Virus record (IMG/VR): IMGVR_UViG_3300045988_174371
Coordinates: 296,644-360,643 of that record
Reading direction: 5' to 3' (one strand)
DNA: 64,000 bases
DNA from: a virus
Made by a program: the position numbers and the translations under genes. Shown here one piece after another: positions 57,812-63,675 of the stretch. Position 1 is the first letter of the stretch. Every line of letters starts with the position of its first letter. The notes below the pieces were generated by a model. That model was not told the origin of the DNA and did not search any database. It saw only the letters and a program-made list of their open reading frames with translations.

Positions 57812-57843
57812 GCGGTACCCCTACAGATAAGTAGGGGTACCGC
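57812..57843 (-). terminator. hairpin gcggtacccctac/gtaggggtaccgc
   Basis: 13-bp stem closing the RNA island on its downstream (minus-sense) side. Confidence 0.6.
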
Positions 57844-57850
57844 AAAACAC

Positions 57851-57963
57851 CGCACATACACCGCCGCAACCCAGCTAGGCATTGGTAATGTCCTTTTATT
57901 TCAACCACCTCTCCCGTTTCTCACAGGCGAGGTGAGCACACACCCTATAGAGTGTGCGTTGCG
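57851..57963 (-). repeat. tRNA-trailer structured element, copy L (truncated)
   Basis: Starts right after tRNA-Leu(CAA): CGCAAC, H1 GCACAC..GTGTGC, H2 CACCTCGCCTGTGAGAAACGGGAGAGGTG, GAAATAAAAGG. Confidence 0.7.
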
Positions 57964-58043
57964 TGCGCCCGGTGGGACTCGAACCCACACTCCGAAGAAC
58001 CTGATTTTGAGTCAGGCGCGTCTGCCAATTCCGCCACAAGCGC
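57964..58043 (-). tRNA. tRNA-Leu (anticodon CAA), class II
   Basis: GCGCTTG..., anticodon loop CTCAAAA, long variable arm. Confidence 0.85.
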
Positions 58044-58111
58044 TAGGTTGAGGGGAAGGAGTGTAAGCCCCATACGAGAAGCCCTGTGCGCTCCCCTCAA
58101 CGTATAAAACA

Positions 58112-58122
58112 ATCGTACCACA
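58112..58122 (-). promoter_or_regulatory. extended -10 promoter TGTGGTACGAT followed by the hairpin at 58048-58100
   Basis: Promoter-then-hairpin-then-tRNA arrangement. Confidence 0.45.
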
Positions 58123-58183
58123 CAGTCTACGAATTTAAAAGCTCAGACGAGTGAGTGCCCTGTGATGCTCATCCCGCCCAGCT

Positions 58184-58679
58184 TTAATCCTTGTTCACCA
58201 TGAAGATTTTTCCGGTATTGCGCGGAGCCTCAATGATGATAGGCATGTAGTATACGCCTGACTCTGCATCGTAGGCGAAACGCCCGCCTTCAAATAGTGC
58301 GCCGCCAATGGTGAACTCATCACCATTACCTGTGAACGTACCGTCCTGCACGATAGACATGAACGCCGCACCCACCGAATTAACATCAGAAGAAAGCGAC
58401 TCCACCATCCTCACAAAAACGTCCTTAAATGCAGGAACAAGCGACACAAACGGGGCAGAGCCAACCTCACCCAACGGCTCCCCAAAACCAAACCCCAACT
58501 CAAGACCAACCCCACCATCAACACTCCACTGCAACCACCCCCGGCTCCCTCACAAAATGCCCAGTATCCACCAAATCAATATTACCCAAATCCTCCACAG
58601 GCGACACCACCGGCGAAACACCCACAGGAACAGGCGCAGAAGAAGCAGAAGCAGAGCCACGACCAGCAGAACCACGCAT
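58184..58679 (-). CDS. hypothetical protein, apparently split by a +1 frame change at a G5 run (58538-58542)
   Basis: MRGSAGRGSAS...VREPG (frame 1) continues as WLQWSVDGGVGLELG...MVNKD (ORF 58184..58534) if one G is removed. Confidence 0.4.
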
Positions 58680-58804
58680 AAACGACAACAACAAAACCTC
58701 CAAATAAAGAAAACCCCCACCACAAGCAACCAACAAAGGCAACAAGTAGCAGGGGAAAGGTAAAGCAAAAAAGAGCCTAGACAACCAAGCCAAGGGAAGG
58801 CATA

Positions 58805-59083
58805 AAAGGTAGCGCCTAGCAGAGCCCCCCACGTGTCCAGGGAAGGTGCTTCCCGGCTAGGGTAAACACCCCGAATACACATGAAGCGCCTTCGGTTTCC
58901 CACGCAGTTAGGCAAGTCAAAGGCTCTCTCTGCTGGCAACCAGCCAGCCAGCAGATGCCAGCCTTCATAGTCTTTACACCGCCGCCACTCAACCGAGCTT
59001 TAGCAATGTCCGTTTAGTTTAGAAACCTCTCCCAGTCTATCACAGGCGAGGCTGGTAACGCACCCCCAAAGGGGTGTGCTACG
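58805..59083 (-). repeat. tRNA-trailer structured element, copy B
   Basis: Follows tRNA-Arg(CCT): CGTAGC, H1 GCACACCCC..GGGGGTGCG, H2 AGCCTCGCCTGTGATAGACTGGGAGAGGTT. The tail shares AAGGCGCTTCAT and GGGTGTTTACCCTAG with copy A. Confidence 0.7.
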
Positions 59084-59156
59084 TGCCCTAGACAGGATTC
59101 GAACCTGTGACCCTCCGCTTAGGAGGCGGATGCTCTATCCACTGAGCTACTAGGGC
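59084..59156 (-). tRNA. tRNA-Arg (anticodon CCT)
   Basis: GCCCTAG..., anticodon loop CTCCTAA. Confidence 0.85.
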
Positions 59157-59310
59157 TAAAAGTTAGTCGCGAAACACATCAGAAGATGCCGTCTGCCCGC
59201 GCCTAACCTAAAGGCAAACATGTAACCTGCGCAACCTTGCTAAACTCAAAGCCTAAGAAATGCAGGAATGCCTGAGCTGACACAGCCAAGCCTCATCTGA
59301 AGACTTAGCG

Positions 59311-59385
59311 TGCCCCCTGTGGGGCTCGAACCCACGACCCACGGATTAAAAGTCCGTTGCTCTAAACCAACTGAGCTAAAGGGGC
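59311..59385 (-). tRNA. tRNA-Lys (anticodon TTT)
   Basis: GCCCCTT..., anticodon loop CTTTTAA. Confidence 0.85.
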
Positions 59386-59597
59386 GAAACATAAATAAAT
59401 GGACGAGAGTGCCCACAAACGGGGCACCCGCTTTGCACTATGGGCGGGTTGCCGATGACTAGAGCCACTACCCCATATAAGGGGAAGAGGCTTCCTGGTC
59501 TTGGAACCAACTGAAGGCAATCTCCGTTTATTTCGGTCACCTCTACCAGTCTATCACAGGCGAGGTGAGTAAAACACACTGCAAAGAGCGTGTTACG
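59386..59597 (-). repeat. tRNA-trailer structured element, copy D
   Basis: CGTAAC, H1, H2 CACCTCGCCTGTGATAGACTGGTAGAGGTG, GAAATAAACGG, TCCAAGACCAGGAAG. Confidence 0.7.
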
Positions 59598-59674
59598 TGC
59601 GCCCTGCGGGACTCGAACCCGCGACACTTGACCCACTTGGCTAAAGCAGGGCTCTACCACTGAGCTAAAGGCGC
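59598..59674 (-). tRNA. atypical tRNA-like gene: Lys-type acceptor, D and T arms, aberrant anticodon arm and a 10-nt variable region
   Basis: GCGCCTT TA GCTC AGTGGTA GAGC C CTGCT TTAGCCA AGTGG GTCAAGTGTC GCGGG TTCGAGT CCCGC AGGGCGC A. The best fold gives anticodon AGC with two G-U pairs; an alternative has a 9-nt loop. Confidence 0.5.
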
Positions 59675-59979
59675 TACCGCACCCTATGGAGCCAACCCAA
59701 GGGTGCACCCGAAGGCTCATGACAACCTCCAGGGAGACATCCGTGTGCATAGAAGCTACCCACCCCCCCGGCAGAGGCGCTACCTCTGCAAAGCCTATGG
59801 AATGGGGCTGATACAGCACAGATGAGCCAAGGCTTCAATCCTTGACAGCGACCATCCAGACAGCCGAAGCTACCCTTCCTGGTCTTGACACCACCTGAAA
59901 GTGATACCCGTTTAATTTAGCCACCTCTCCATCCTCTCAATAGGCGAGGTGAGCAACACACCGCAAAGAGTGCGTTACG
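59675..59979 (-). repeat. tRNA-trailer structured element, copy C
   Basis: CGTAAC, H1, H2 CACCTCGCCTATTGAGAGGATGGAGAGGTG, AAATTAAACGG, GGTGTCAAGACCAGGAAGG. The tail shares CCTTGGCTCATCT with copy A. Confidence 0.7.
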
Positions 59980-60065
59980 TGCGCCCGGTGGGACTCGAAC
60001 CCACACGCCCACAAGGGACAACGGAGCTTAAATCCGTCGCGTGCTACCAATTTCGCCACAAGCGC
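59980..60065 (-). tRNA. tRNA-Leu (anticodon TAA), class II
   Basis: GCGCTTG..., anticodon loop TTTAAGC, long variable arm. Confidence 0.85.
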
Positions 60066-60069
60066 GCAA

Positions 60070-60078
60070 AGTATACCA
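60070..60078 (-). promoter_or_regulatory. extended -10 promoter TGGTATACT ending 4 nt before tRNA-Leu(TAA) position 1
   Basis: Minus strand reads TGGTATACT-ttgc-GCGCTTG. Confidence 0.45.
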
Positions 60079-60221
60079 GTATAGCCAGCATAGTTTGGTT
60101 GTACCCCGTAGGAATGGGGTGAGAATTTAAGAAGCCCGAGGGACACCTCATCTATAGGCGTACCCTAAAGAGTCCCCCTATAAGGTTAAGCCCTCGAACC
60201 GGCTTTAAAATCGGCGCATTA

Positions 60222-60293
60222 GTGGGGCTCTGCCAATTGAGCTACCAACAGCTTTGTGAGGTGCTGGACGGGATTCGAACCCGCATCTCCCAC
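60222..60293 (-). ncRNA. circularly permuted tRNA-like module 2
   Basis: Order on the minus strand: GTGGG, AGAT, GCGGG-TTCGAAT-CCCGT, CCAGCA-loop-TGTTGG, TA, GCTC-AATTGGCA-GAGC, CCCAC. Flanks pair GGCGC/GCGCC. Confidence 0.65.
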
Positions 60294-60338
60294 CTAGCGC
60301 CGAGTAACACAGAATAAATGAACCTATCCTACGTTACG

Positions 60339-60411
60339 TGCCCTAGGCAGGATTTGAACCTGCGACTCTCCGCTTAGAAGGCGGTTGCTCTATCCGCTGA
60401 ACTACTAGGGC
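60339..60411 (-). tRNA. tRNA-Arg (anticodon TCT)
   Basis: GCCCTAG..., anticodon loop CTTCTAA. Confidence 0.85.
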
Positions 60412-60686
60412 TAAAAAGTTATGAAGGAACCATCTCCCGCATACGGGGAAGCCGCTTCATAACTAGGGTAAACACCCAGTCAGCATATGAAGCGCCTTTT
60501 GGTTCCCCAAGGCGGTTAGATGAGCCAAGGATTCGCCTTTGATGGTATCCCTCCGGCTGGCAAACGTCAGCCTTATTGGTCTTGACACCACCGCAACCCA
60601 GCTAGGCATTGGTAATGTCCATTTATTTCAACCACCCCTCCCGCCTCTCGCAGGTGAGGTGAGCGCGCGCCCGAAAGCGCACTATG
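60412..60686 (-). repeat. tRNA-trailer structured element, copy A (full length)
   Basis: H1 GTGCGC..GCGCGC, H2 CACCTCACCTGCGAGAGGCGGGAGGGGTG, GAAATAAATGG, GGTGTCAAGACCAATAAGG, hairpin GGCTGACGTTTGCCAGCC. The terminal hairpin plus TTTTTA abuts the next tRNA. Confidence 0.7.
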
Positions 60687-60758
60687 TATCCCCGACGGGA
60701 ATCGAACCCGCGCCTCCGCCTTGAAAGGGCGGTATCCTAGCCGTTAGACCACGGGGAC
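60687..60758 (-). tRNA. tRNA-Glu (anticodon TTC)
   Basis: GTCCCCG..., anticodon loop CTTTCAA, G1-U72. Confidence 0.8.
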
Positions 60759-60788
60759 GTATTGTGTGGTTCTACGGAAAGTAGAGCG

Positions 60789-60863
60789 TGCTCCCCGCAG
60801 GATTTGAACCTGCGACCCCGACGTTCGTAGCGTCGTACTCTATCCAGGCTGAGCTAGGGGAGC
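60789..60863 (-). tRNA. tRNA-Arg (anticodon ACG)
   Basis: GCTCCCC..., anticodon loop CTACGAA. Confidence 0.85.
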
Positions 60864-60865
60864 GG

Positions 60866-60937
60866 GGTGAGTGACGGGAATCGAACCCGCTAATACTTGC
60901 GCCACAAGCAAGCGCCGCACCGTTTGGCTTCACTCAC
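60866..60937 (-). tRNA. tRNA-His (anticodon GTG)
   Basis: GTGAGTG..., anticodon loop TTGTGGC, discriminator C. No G-1 encoded (T at -1). Confidence 0.8.
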
Positions 60938-60939
60938 AG

Positions 60940-61013
60940 TGCCCTTGGGTGGACTTGAACCACCGACCTCCGCTTTATCAGAGCGACGCGCTAACCAACT
61001 GCGCTACAAGGGC
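60940..61013 (-). tRNA. tRNA-Ile (anticodon GAT)
   Basis: GCCCTTG..., anticodon loop CTGATAA. Confidence 0.85.
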
Positions 61014-61025
61014 TAGAATAATAGA

Positions 61026-61034
61026 ATTGTAACA
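61026..61034 (-). promoter_or_regulatory. extended -10 promoter TGTTACAAT for the Ile-His-Arg-Glu tRNA block
   Basis: 12 nt upstream of the tRNA-Ile 5' end. Confidence 0.5.
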
Positions 61035-61216
61035 TAATGTCATATGTGTAAGGAAGATGGCATGGAGCCCCTAGATGTCTAACCACCCTAACAAAATGAA
61101 GACACCTAGTGAAGCCAACCTACATGCGTCGGAAAGCGAACTCCGAAGCCACCTACCCGTTTTCACTCTCTCATTTTCCATAGATGAGAGAAGGCGTAGC
61201 TAATAAAAGCTATGCG

Positions 61217-61292
61217 CGGTCTGTACGGGGCTCGAACCCGCGACCTCCGCCGTGACAGGGCGGCACTCTAACCAACACTGAGCTAACAGACC
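61217..61292 (-). tRNA. tRNA-Asp (anticodon GTC)
   Basis: GGTCTGT..., anticodon loop CTGTCAC. Confidence 0.85.
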
Positions 61293-61402
61293 ATGAGAGT
61301 GCCCCCGCTAAGAGACACTATACATCCTACAAGACAGCCGGGGAGCTACCCCTATGGAAGTGTGTAGGGCACTTCCCCTGTGTGCGGCTTAAACCGGCAC
61401 CA

Positions 61403-61473
61403 ACCAGACGCTCTAAACACTGAGCTACACGTGCAATGTGGCACATGACAGGATTTTAACCTGCGACCTTCTG
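61403..61473 (-). ncRNA. circularly permuted tRNA-like module 1
   Basis: CCAGA, AGGTC, GCAGG-TTAAAAT-CCTGT, CATGTGC-CACATT-GCACGTG, TA, GCTC-AGTGTTTA-GAGC, G, TCTGG. Flanks form the imperfect helix TTACGCCGG/CCGGTTTAA. Confidence 0.7.
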
Positions 61474-61527
61474 GATAGTATATATCCGGCGTAACACGAA
61501 AGGATTAGCTACACCCTCTCAAGCTAC

Positions 61528-61602
61528 GTGCGCCCTGTGGGGCTCGAACCCACGACCCACGGATTAAGAGTCCGTTGCTCTAACCATCTGAGCTAAAGGC
61601 GC
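61528..61602 (-). tRNA. tRNA-Lys (anticodon CTT)
   Basis: GCGCCTT..., anticodon loop CTCTTAA. Confidence 0.85.
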
Positions 61603-61639
61603 TTAACACACACCTGAACGCCTAAAACAGGTGTGTGCG

Positions 61640-61712
61640 TGGACGGTACGGGACTTGAACCCGTAACCTCCTGTGTGCAAAACAGGTGCTCTCCCAATTG
61701 AGCTAACCGCCC
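61640..61712 (-). tRNA. tRNA-Ala (anticodon TGC)
   Basis: GGGCGGT..., G3-U70 identity pair, anticodon loop TTTGCAC. Confidence 0.85.
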
Positions 61713-61764
61713 TAAACCTTGACAAAAGCCAAGAAATCCGTATCACCCATATAGGTAATACAAG

Positions 61765-61838
61765 CTCCCCCGGAAGGACTCGAACCTTCAACCTAGCGAT
61801 TAACAGTCGCTCGCATCTGCCAATTGAGCTACGAGGGA
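61765..61838 (-). tRNA. tRNA-Asn (anticodon GTT)
   Basis: TCCCTCG..., anticodon loop CTGTTAA. One extra T in the 3' strand of the D-stem. Confidence 0.75.
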
Positions 61839-61869
61839 ATACACCTCCCCAGTAGGGGAAGCTTAAGCC

Positions 61870-61900
61870 CGCCTGTGGGCTACCAATTTCGCCACAGGCG
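61870..61900 (-). ncRNA. tRNA-Leu-derived mini-helix (acceptor strand plus D-loop closed on itself)
   Basis: CGCCTGTGG-CGAAATTGGTAGC-CCACAGGCG. The loop matches the D-loop of the Leu tRNAs in this array. Confidence 0.4.
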
Positions 61901-61920
61901 ATTAAAACGTAAGTACGACA

Positions 61921-61929
61921 ATCATACCA
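61921..61929 (-). promoter_or_regulatory. extended -10 promoter TGGTATGAT for the Asn-Ala-Lys block
   Basis: Downstream of the terminator-like hairpin at 61961-61985. Confidence 0.45.
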
Positions 61930-61960
61930 CGCCAACACTCAATCTCGCAAAAGAATGAGT

Positions 61961-61985
61961 GATAAAAGCCAGAAGCCCGAAGGCT
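61961..61985 (-). terminator. AGCC-TTCG-GGCT hairpin followed by CTTTTAT
   Basis: Ends the transcript that carries permuted module 3. Confidence 0.45.
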
Positions 61986-62065
61986 CCCCTATTGCAATAA
62001 GGGTGCCCCAATAGGTTACCCTAATGAGGCTGAATCCTCGAACCGGACTCAACACCGGCACATCG

Positions 62066-62136
62066 GTGAGGCTCCGCCTATTGAGCTACCAGCGACTCAT
62101 TCGTCGCTGGGCGGGATTCGAACCCACACCTCTCAC
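62066..62136 (-). ncRNA. circularly permuted tRNA-like module 3
   Basis: GTGAG, AGGT, GTGGG-TTCGAAT-CCCGC, CCAGCGAC-GAATGA-GTCGCTGG, TA, GCTC-AATAGGCG-GAGC, C, CTCAC. Flanks pair TCCTCG/CGAGGA. Confidence 0.7.
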
Positions 62137-62194
62137 CTAGTACTACTTATACGACCGAGGAACATAAACACGTGTACATCATGCTTACGTTACG

Positions 62195-62274
62195 TGCTTC
62201 CGACCGGATTTGAACCGGCGCGCGGGCACTCTCATGCACCGCAAGCGCTCCCATAGCCGTTATGTGCAGAAGGC
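62195..62274 (-). tRNA. atypical tRNA-like gene, anticodon undetermined
   Basis: Canonical T arm GCCGG-TTCAAAT-CCGGT, acceptor CCTTCTG/CGGAAGC and a CGTAAC trailer. The central 45 nt does not fold into D and anticodon arms. Confidence 0.4.
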
Positions 62275-62346
62275 TCATGAAAGACGCTCCCCTTAACCTA
62301 GCTTGGATACGGAAGCGGGCACCCACATGCACTTGTGGACACCAAG

Positions 62347-62428
62347 TACGCCCGGTGGGACTCGAACCCACATGCCGTGAGGCACAGGAACCTAAATCCT
62401 GCGTGTCTGCCAGTTTCACCACGGGCGC
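62347..62428 (-). tRNA. tRNA-Leu (anticodon TAG), class II
   Basis: GCGCCCG..., anticodon loop TTTAGGT, G1-U72. Confidence 0.8.
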
Positions 62429-62481
62429 TTAACTATCTAACTACTAAATAGCTAACACAAAGAAAAATCTCTTTGCGCGAG

Positions 62482-62552
62482 AGGCGCACACGGGAATCGA
62501 ACCCGTGACAACTGCTTGGAAGGCAGAGGTTTTACCACTAAACTAGTGCGCC
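62482..62552 (-). tRNA. tRNA-Gly (anticodon TCC)
   Basis: GGCGCAC..., anticodon loop CTTCCAA. Confidence 0.85.
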
Positions 62553-62570
62553 AAGGTTATGACTACGACA

Positions 62571-62579
62571 ACTATATCA
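62571..62579 (-). promoter_or_regulatory. extended -10 promoter TGATATAGT
   Basis: About 20 nt upstream of the tRNA-Gly 5' end. Confidence 0.45.
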
Positions 62580-62627
62580 TAGGGTACGTAGAAGCTATAG
62601 CCGAACATATTACTTAGATGTGTTACG

Positions 62628-62711
62628 TGCCGCCGGAGGGATTTGAACCCCCAAAACCATAATGGTGACAGATTTACAGTCTGCTTCCTTCGCCAATAGG
62701 AGTGCAACGGC
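62628..62711 (-). tRNA. tRNA-Tyr (anticodon GTA), class II, copy 1
   Basis: GCCGTTG..., anticodon loop CTGTAAA, long variable arm. Confidence 0.85.
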
Positions 62712-62793
62712 TTATATTGAATAGTTTGTTCTATATGGTTATCAATGAGCTTTACGTCGGCGGCTTTTTCGAACCCCCGCGTCTTATATATCA

Positions 62794-62804
62794 AGTGTAC
62801 CACA
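62794..62804 (-). promoter_or_regulatory. extended -10 promoter TGTGGTACACT
   Basis: Consensus copy about 80 nt upstream of tRNA-Tyr copy 1. Confidence 0.5.
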
Positions 62805-62959
62805 TGTTTTTCGTGGTATGCAACTCGATATGGCGTTATCTGTGCCACAATGACTTCCCCGTGTGCATGAGAAAACCCTTGCCTATCTAGGGCAGACACC
62901 CTAATAGGGGACGAAAAACATTCGCAACGCTTTCCCTCACACGGATTGGTTCTGGCATT

Positions 62960-63099
62960 TTATCAGACGGTGACCCTCAAGCCAGCTACCTAACTATCCC
63001 GGTCTTGACATGTAACCGAAGCTACCCGACCGTTTATACTCGCTCCCGTCTCTCACAGGCGGGAGGTGCCCGCCTATTGAAAGAATAGGCGGGTTTACG
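62960..63099 (-). repeat. tRNA-trailer structured element, copy F
   Basis: Follows tRNA-Phe: CGTAAA, H1 CCCGCCTATTC..GAATAGGCGGG, CCTCCCGCCTGTGAGAGACGGGAG, TATAAACGG, ATGTCAAGACCGG. Confidence 0.65.
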
Positions 63100-63172
63100 T
63101 GTCCCCTGCCAGGCTTGCACTGGCGACCTCCTGCTCTTCAGGCAGGCGCTCTACTATCTGAGCTAAAGAGAC
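63100..63172 (-). tRNA. tRNA-Phe (anticodon GAA)
   Basis: GTCTCTT..., anticodon loop CTGAAGA, unusual T-loop TGCAAGC. Confidence 0.8.
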
Positions 63173-63201
63173 CCAACACCCCTACAAGAGGGCGTTTAAA
63201 G

Positions 63202-63276
63202 TGGTTCGTGAGGGATTTGAACCCCCGACCTCCGCCGTGTAAAGGCGTTGCTCTGACCAGACTGAGCTAACGAACC
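63202..63276 (-). tRNA. tRNA-Val (anticodon TAC)
   Basis: GGTTCGT..., anticodon loop TTTACAC. Confidence 0.85.
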
Positions 63277-63315
63277 TAAAAAGATGAATCCCCCGGCTGG
63301 ACTTCACACCAGCAA

Positions 63316-63470
63316 CCTGTGTGGGTGCGCTACCAATTACGCTACAAGACAGCCAGGTGCTTGTACAGGGCACGCTGGCATACTAAGGTCTTGACCGGAC
63401 TCGAACCGGCACCTCCCTGCCCATGTTTTTAAGCCAAACAGTCGTTCAGCTAATGACTTTACACCACAGG
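63316..63470 (-). ncRNA. expanded permuted tRNA-like module 4
   Basis: Outer helix CCTGTG(G)TG/CACACAGG encloses T arm GCCGG-TTCGAGT-CCGGT, acceptor CAAGAC...GTCTTG closed by a ~37-nt loop, and D arm GCGT-AATTGGTA-GCGC. Confidence 0.5.
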
Positions 63471-63509
63471 GGAGCACGCTAGAGAGTGTACAGCTCCCTA
63501 ACGGCTACG

Positions 63510-63597
63510 TGCGCATGGCAGGAGTTGCACCTGCTATCTGTCTTGCTTCGCCTCTACAGGACGGCTCAGGACTTACTACTTCGTCCACATCATGCAC
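63510..63597 (-). tRNA. atypical class-II-sized tRNA-like gene, anticodon undetermined
   Basis: Acceptor GTGCATG/CATGCGC, T arm GCAGG-TGCAACT-CCTGC, CGTAGC trailer. No canonical anticodon arm found in the central region. Confidence 0.4.
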
Positions 63598-63603
63598 TTT
63601 AAG

Positions 63604-63675
63604 CACCCATCGCCGGACTTGAACCAGCATCCTGCGGTTTTGGAGACCGCCCGCTTTACAATAAGCTAGATGGGC
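63604..63675 (-). tRNA. tRNA-Trp (anticodon CCA)
   Basis: GCCCATC..., anticodon loop CTCCAAA, G1-U72. Confidence 0.8.

Noticed and set aside
59376-59819. 147-aa minus-strand ORF, and similar ORFs (61603-61938, 62147-62422, 62543-62899, 63182-63373, 63787-63990) in the RNA island
   Set aside because: They read straight through tRNA genes and the structured repeats. Two of them share sequence only because tRNA-Tyr is duplicated.
60222-62136. Permuted modules as genuine circularly permuted tRNA genes that yield decoding tRNAs
   Set aside because: Joining the flanks does not give a 7-nt loop with U33 in any of the three. Bacteria and phages also lack the splicing endonuclease pathway used for permuted tRNAs. 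A tRNA-like domain within a larger RNA fits better.
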